Assembly (NCBI GenBank): GCA_964035545.1
Contig: OZ037766.1
Coordinates: 29,948,640 to 30,012,639, forward strand
DNA: 64,000 bases
Source: Bugula neritina
Taxonomy: Eukaryota > Animalia > Bryozoa
Reading direction: 5' to 3'
In this document: piece by piece, positions 56,949 to 64,000 of the stretch
How positions within the stretch are numbered: the first letter of the stretch is position 1
Layout of the letters: each line of letters begins with the position of its first letter
Notes under the pieces: generated by a model
The model's database searches: none
What the model was told of the DNA's origin: nothing
What the model saw: only the letters and a program-made list of their open reading frames with translations
Position numbers and translations under genes: made by a program

Positions 56949-58042
56949 ATGAGGAAGAGCATAGCCTGTGGTCTACTATTGGCAGCAGTTTTTGCTGTCT
57001 CTGTTGATCTGAGTGATGCAACTTGTGGACGTAAGTAAAATATGGACTTATCAAATCCTAATTTCAGAGTTGAAAATATTAATTAAATGCTTATCATCAA
57101 TTACTATATTATAGTATATACAAAGTATTAGCTAATATTTATGCATATAAGCTAACTTTAATGAGTTTCTAAGCGTTTGAGCAATAAATTGTCGTATTAA
57201 AACAAATGATAGTTTTTAAGTCCAATAAAAACATTTGTTTGAGTTTGAAAAGTTAATGAGACAGTAGAACTGTATTAAAAACTAAACATTTGTAATCTAC
57301 AAAAAATTTCTTTCATATTTAATAAAAAAATTATCCCTATCCTAAATGACATGATATTTAATGTTTAAAAAGTTTAGTTTAATCCCGAGTATTTTTTCAG
57401 ATGGAGTAAACTGCCCCAGTGGGTATCTCCACAATCCACATTCTAGCACCTGCTACAAAATTGTTACATTGTCAAAGAACTGGGATAATGCCAAAGCCTA
57501 CTGTGAAGGAAATGGAGACAGACTTGCTGTGTTTGACAGTACTGACTCTATTTCTTGGGCTAAACACATGAGAAAAACTCACTCAGGTAAATTACTATAA
57601 TATAACTTTCAAAATATATTATGATAAAACGTTTGCTTTTTTGAGTGCACATTTATATTGAAATATAGCTCCCCTATCATAGTTCGAGCAAAAATGGTTT
57701 ATATTATTGCAATGAAATAAAAGTAATACTCCGATATTTTTGTTTAAGAAAAAAAGATCATTGGCTAGAGCTAATATAGAAAATATTTTTACCCTATTTT
57801 ATGCAGCATGGAAAGGGCATATCAACAAATACATTTGGATTGGCGGAAGAAACTATCATGGTGTCTGGCAATGGGATGGGAAACTCAAGAAAGACATAGT
57901 TGTAGAGGACTGGTACCCCCAACGCCCCAACAATTTAGGAGGTCCTCAAGACTGTCTCGGTCTATTTGCTGATAGTAATGACCTCAAGTGGGATGATGGA
58001 ACCTGCACTTCTGCGGAATATTTTATGTGTGAAAAATATTAA
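56949..58042 (+). CDS. C-type lectin paralog A, unit 7
   Basis: Copy of 3049-4142 at offset +53900. Confidence 0.95.
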
Positions 58043-58393
58043 CTAATAGAATAATTCAAACACTCTTTCTGTTTGTCACATCACAATAGCATGTATGTAC
58101 TTTCAATAATGATCGAAGTTTTCTTTTGACAAGTGATAAATTTATGCATTGTTTTAAAAATAAATATATTCATGCAGAGTATATTCAGCTAATTGTGTCT
58201 TTACAAAACTAAAGTTATATCAGATACATTTTGCATTAACGGAAAGCAAATAATTATAATTCATTATAGTTGATCTTACCTTTAAAAAGAATTTTCAAAA
58301 CTTAAAATTCAATTCTTTAAGCATTTTTGAATGTTAATACCTTTACATATCTTTATAAACATTAATAAAATAACCTTTGAATTATTGTAAAAA

Positions 58394-58520
58394 GGGAGCA
58401 GCCATGGTCTAGGGGTTAGAGCGTTTGCCTAGTAAACATGAAGTCATGGGTTCGAGCCCTGACAAAGGCCATTGGTAATGTTAGGAAAAGCACATAGTCA
58501 TAATTGTTCCCGTGCCTCAT
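58394..58520 (+). mobile_element. tRNA-derived SINE-like remnant, unit 7
   Basis: Copy of 4494-4620. Confidence 0.7.
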
Positions 58521-58655
58521 TTAAATAAGTCCTTAGCTCCTTTTAACAAAAACCCTTTCTATCACAGATTTCTCACAGGGATAGCAACGATAAACTTGCG
58601 TGAGTTGTTTTTGTTGAATCATTTTAAGAATTTATATTATAAGAATTATATATAC

Positions 58656-58795
<140 letters not shown>

Positions 58796-60832
58796 ATATA
58801 TGGCTATCACGGCTAGCACCATCGCAGCAAGCATATGCATCGTGCCATAATGTATGGAGAGGGAGACTGAGGAGTTGTCCTTTCGATAATAATACTACAA
58901 AATCTCTACATCATAATTATTTTCTCTGATCTAGTTAAAACCTCTTAGATACAGGGTATTGAAAATTTAGTTTGCTCGTTTCAGCCATGAAAATTTTTTT
59001 AAAACTCTCATAACTGCATTTTGTAAATTTGACAATTGCAAATTTGCAGTGTATATTTAAAAACTAAAAACCTTGTGAACCGATAACTTAGTGTTTAGAT
59101 GCATGTTCATAAGTGTTATAATGGCACATAGAGTTCACTTCTTATTAGCTATAATTAGTAGTTATATAATGATTTCTATGTGAATCATGCATTTCCTTCT
59201 TATTGTCATAGTCAGCATCTATATATAATGCTTGTGTATATATAGTTATTGCTTATAAACGGTTAGTAATAGTTGCTATAATAGATTCCAAAGTGCTATT
59301 GCCATCTTATATTCATAGTAGTTGTACCAAATAAATCAACATGTAATACATTACAAGTCAGCACCATCTTGTCACACACAATCACACATACCATTATACC
59401 AATAAGCTAGCTTAGTTTGTATACTTGTAGAATTCCAGTGCCTTTAAATGCTATTGACTAAAACTTTTAAACTTCTATCATTACTAATCCAGTTGCATAC
59501 CATTGACAAAAAAAGACATGAACTAAATAAGTAGTTCATTGAACAATATTAAACTTTTAAATTCTATCTTCATTTGTGCTTTGATGCAAAGCACTGAACT
59601 TACGAAACTTATTCAACAGGTGGTTAATGGAATTTCATTTTTTTTTAACTTTTTGTGATGCTGTTAAACAAATTATAGTCGTTTTCTATTCAATTACAAC
59701 CTTATCTAATAAAGCATCTACAGAATTGCACTACTATAGGAAACCATGCAGGCTGATATACGTTTTGGATAATTTGCATTCAATTTGTTCATTAAACTAT
59801 CAATTTAGTAATCTGATATGCTCATTTGCTACTCACCCAACGCTGTCAGAGCTGACCAAATTATGTTAGAATTTGCTGTTATGCTAGTTGAGCAAGGCAG
59901 AGAGAAGCAATGGCAACAATATCAACAAAAAAATCAGGCTTGTCACTTTTGGGAATAAAAAGTTATAAAGCTGTTTATAATAAAATCTTAAAGAATTTAC
60001 AAGAGTCAAGTGAAAACAGTTTTTGACTTGCTGCTTCAACATGTAGGTTCTGCAAATGCTAAAAACACAATGGCTGAATACTTATTTTATTTCTCGTCTA
60101 TTAAAGTAAAAATTACAAATCTAAGTCAATAAGTTTTCTCATAAATTTACTGGCTCATACCCCCATGACCGTTGTGACCCAGTTACCCCTACACACCATG
60201 TGCAGCAAATTAAGACTGAAAATTGAAACTAGTTTTAAGTCATTATAAAATTTTACCAGGCCGTGGTATTTTCTAGTGATTGTTATAAATATGTAAAGGA
60301 AAAAAGGCTGAGAGGGAAACATGCAATGATGAAGTGCATTCAACTGTCATATATATACTGCGTGGTAATTTGTATGTGTTTGAGGCTCATGATGAAAAAC
60401 CATCATGGATTCATATATCCCAATTTGCAAAAAGCTTAAGAGAAAACATAAAAAGCCCAACAAAATTAGAAAAAGTTTAATTATTTATTTATGTTGTATT
60501 TTTTAGCATTTTATTAGTTTAGGGCAAACACATTCTGTATATTAGCAGCTAAATTGCAAAAAATAGCCAAAAAACAGAGAGATCGAGTGTGCACTAAAGA
60601 AAGTAAAATGGCCCTGATTGAGTTCTACATATGGTTTATGATGTTCGATTCAAACGCATGCAAACATGCTTTATTGTGCATGACAGCATATTAACATATA
60701 ATAAACGTATTTATCTCCTTTGCAATATCTAGCCAGTTGTGATTGTTTAGGCTACTCTATATATGATACTTATTTAAATATTGTTCTACAGCAGATTTTA
60801 GTTTTTTTAATATATATATATATATATATACA

Positions 60833-60905
<73 letters not shown>

Positions 60906-61028
60906 ATATACCAAGTAATTGGTTGTAGAAAAATGCTTGAAACAAACAAAAAGTTCCAAAAGCAAAGAAAAATAAATAAAAAACAAAAATTATAATTTTT
61001 GAAGCCTTTTAATATAGTATATTTATAC

Positions 61029-62114
61029 TTAATATTTTTCACACATAAAATAATGCGCAGCAGTGCAGGTTCCATCATCCCATTGAAGATTCTGATTGTT
61101 AGCAAATAGACCGAGACAGTCTTGAGGGCCTCCCGCATTGTTGGGACGTTGAGGGTACCAATCCTCTACAACTATGTCTTTCTCGAGTTTCCCATCCCAT
61201 TGCCAGACCCCTTGATAGTTTCTTCCGCCAATCCAGATGTATTTGTTGATATGCCCTTTCCATGCTGCATATAAGATAAGATAAAATATAGATGTATTTC
61301 ACTAGCAGCTTTGTGCAATCCTAAATGCAAGACTATAATATTATTGTTATTTTGCTGATGTTATTTGCCATAATCTAGACTAAAGCTCGTTTCAAGAAGC
61401 ATAATATATATAACTATTCCAATATGATTGTGCACTCAAATCCACAATATATCTTTAAAAATTATGAGAATTCACCTGAGTGAGTTTTCCTCATATGTTT
61501 AGCCCAGGATATAGAGTCAGTACTATCAAACACAGCCAGTCTGTCTCCATTTCCTTCACAGTAGGCTTTGGCATCATTCCATTTCTTTGACAACGTAACA
61601 ATTTTGTAGCAGGTGCTAGAATGTGGATTGTAGATATAGCCACTGGGGCAGTTTACTCCATCTGAAAAAAATATATATTTAGAATGAGCCAAAAATTTTA
61701 AACTCAAAATATCAAGTCATGTAAGATACAAGTATTATCTTTTATGTGTGACAACATTTTGTGTCAATTATAACAAACGTTTGATGATTTTTGCAATAGT
61801 CAAAAACCATTAATAATTAATACAACTATTGCTTTTTTAATTTTCCACATTTCTGCTAATCCGTTCATTAAAATTGTAAAAAAATAATTAGTTCTAATAC
61901 GTTTATTTATTTCAAGAGCAATGCAAGAACTTATTAAATTTGGTAAATTCTCAACAGTTTAGTTTTACATCTATTAACATTTTATTTGCAATTCTAAACT
62001 TGAACCCTATATAAGAACTTTGCTTTACTTACGTCCACATGTTGCATCACTCAGATCAAAACAGACAGCAATAATTGCTGCCAATAGTAGACCACAGGCT
62101 ATGCTCTTCTTCAT
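61029..62114 (-). CDS. C-type lectin paralog B, unit 7
   Basis: Copy of 7143-8228 at offset +53886; one intronic G>A at 61777. Confidence 0.95.
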
Positions 62115-62721
62115 AGTAATAGTTTTAGTTTCTCTTGTAGTGTATAACTGATTTTCAGTACTGATGTGCTTATCACATCTCAACACTCTCCCTTATATAC
62201 CAAATCTCAATGTGATTACCAAGTAACTTAGCTACCTGATTGGTTGTTTTTTGTCCAGTAAACCGTAAATATATTGCAAAACCATCACTAAACATTATTT
62301 TTTATATATGACTAAATAAATTATGTCTCTTATACGTATGTAGTTATGACAATTTTCTAGGTCTTGTTTTTTTAAATTAGCATCAGAAATTATCTTTCAA
62401 AAATTGTACATTGCATGAAAGCCCAACAAAAAATTAATTATAATATTTCATTGCATTATATTCTAGTAAACAACATCTGTTAGATTTATAATTGAGTGTA
62501 AAAGACATTGTTAAAATTATTAGCTTAAAATTTCTGCTAATACAAAAGCTAGACTAGACACTGCTTCTTGCTACTTGAAGAATCTCTGACAGACTCCATT
62601 AATGCATTGCTAAGATGTTGATATAGATTTAAGCTGTCATGTCTATAAACTGTTTATTTGAAGGCTTTATGCTCAATAAAAAGTTTTAATGTAGACTTTG
62701 TGTAGAAATATATATATATAT

Positions 62722-63715
62722 TATCAAGAAAAAGAGCAATTTAATTAGATATTATTTTATTGTGCTACTAATTACTATTAGTTTCATTCCTCTGCAGCAC
62801 TCTTCAGGCACAATATTGAATTCAAATTTTACATTAAGAAAATCAACATGCTAAACGTACAATGTAAAACATAACACAAACATAGCAGTGGCTTTGGTGT
62901 TATATAGGTTTGTAAGTGTTTTTAAATATATAAAAAACATAATGTAAAAACACAATTGATAGTAGATGAAGTTGTTGTTGGGTGACTATGCTCTGTGGGT
63001 ATTTGGATATTATTTAATTGCTACAGTACATATAATATAAATACAGAGTCTCTATAGGTTTTATGGTTGCACAGTAAGAGTTTTTTTGAGTGTCGGCAGG
63101 TTGATAAGAGTTCGTTTCGCTTGTTTAGAGTACACATGGTAGGTTTGTATAAAATAAAAAAACATTCCCACAGGCATAAATTACACCTTTTGGTAATTGT
63201 GTTGTATGGTTTTGCTTTCCTCAACATTTTCCAACTTATATTGCGTTTAATGTTTTTGTTAGTTAGTTGCCAAGTGTATTTGCTAAGTTCTGTTTGATTT
63301 GCTTTTTCTTTGTTTTTAAATGATGATTTGTGGTTTGCGTATCTTAGTTTGAACGGTCCTTCACTCAGGCCAATGTATGTTGCAGGCTCGTTTTCGGTAG
63401 TTTCTACAGTTGCTTGGTATATTACTCTGCTCTCCTGACAGTTTTCTTCCAGTGTACAACTTTCTTTTTCTCTGCAGTTGCAGTTTTTTCTGGGGGTTTT
63501 GTTTTGTTGCTTCTGTTTCTCTGTTTTTCTGATATTCTGTTTTTGTGGGCGTCTAAATTATGGTCTGTTTTATGTTTGGCATGCAGCTGTAGCTAACTTT
63601 TATATTGTTTTTGTTGATTATTTTATAGAGTGGATGTTCAGATTTTAAAGAAGTTTTTTTGCAATTTTTGTGGTTACATATTGGCTGTGTGTTGGATTGT
63701 ACCAATCTACTTTTT
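62722..63715 (-). mobile_element. 5'-truncated PLE copy
   Basis: Copy of 8836-9829. Confidence 0.85.
62758..62815 (-). ncRNA. Type I hammerhead ribozyme, copy
   Basis: Identical to 8872-8929. Confidence 0.85.
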
Positions 63716-64000
63716 TATATTATATATATGTTCAACCATTCAACCACTGAGCATTATAACCTATGAAATCTCAAAATGGTAATAAAGTCTGCTTTGTCCT
63801 TTCTTCGACCATAAAAATTAATCTTTTTAACCTAAAAGGTGAACCCTAAGCTTTGCATATACATTTTATATTTATTCAAACATATTATACAACGTGCCCA
63901 TAAATTTTTTGTCAAAATTTCATCTGCTCCTACAAAATAAAAATCGGAGATGCATTTTATGTGGTGGTGACACATTTAGAACTTTGTTTACCAGATTAAT

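Overview
AT-rich eukaryotic DNA, probably from an invertebrate animal (GT-AG introns, TATA/CCAAT/TCAGT promoters). The whole window is a head-to-tail tandem array of a ~9-kb unit: 7 complete copies plus part of an eighth, starting at about 1, 9000, 17994, 26919, 35911, 44906, 53901 and 62886. The copies are nearly identical. Each unit carries: (i) two paralogous 3-exon genes for secreted single-domain C-type lectin-like proteins (167 aa each, ~88% identical) in convergent orientation, both with a non-canonical RPN/WDD ligand site and one extra N-terminal cysteine; (ii) a 5'-truncated ~1-kb Penelope-like retroelement with a stop-free GIY-YIG endonuclease domain; (iii) at that element's 3' end, a type I hammerhead ribozyme on the minus strand, which the ORF track does not show; (iv) a tRNA-derived SINE-like head; (v) two (TA)n microsatellites. 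The few variants that distinguish units (a 66-bp duplication, one SNP shared by three units, two private SNPs, bimodal (TA)n length) suggest a real, very recent amplification that is still recombining. All alignments and translations were done by eye. The array ends lie outside the window.
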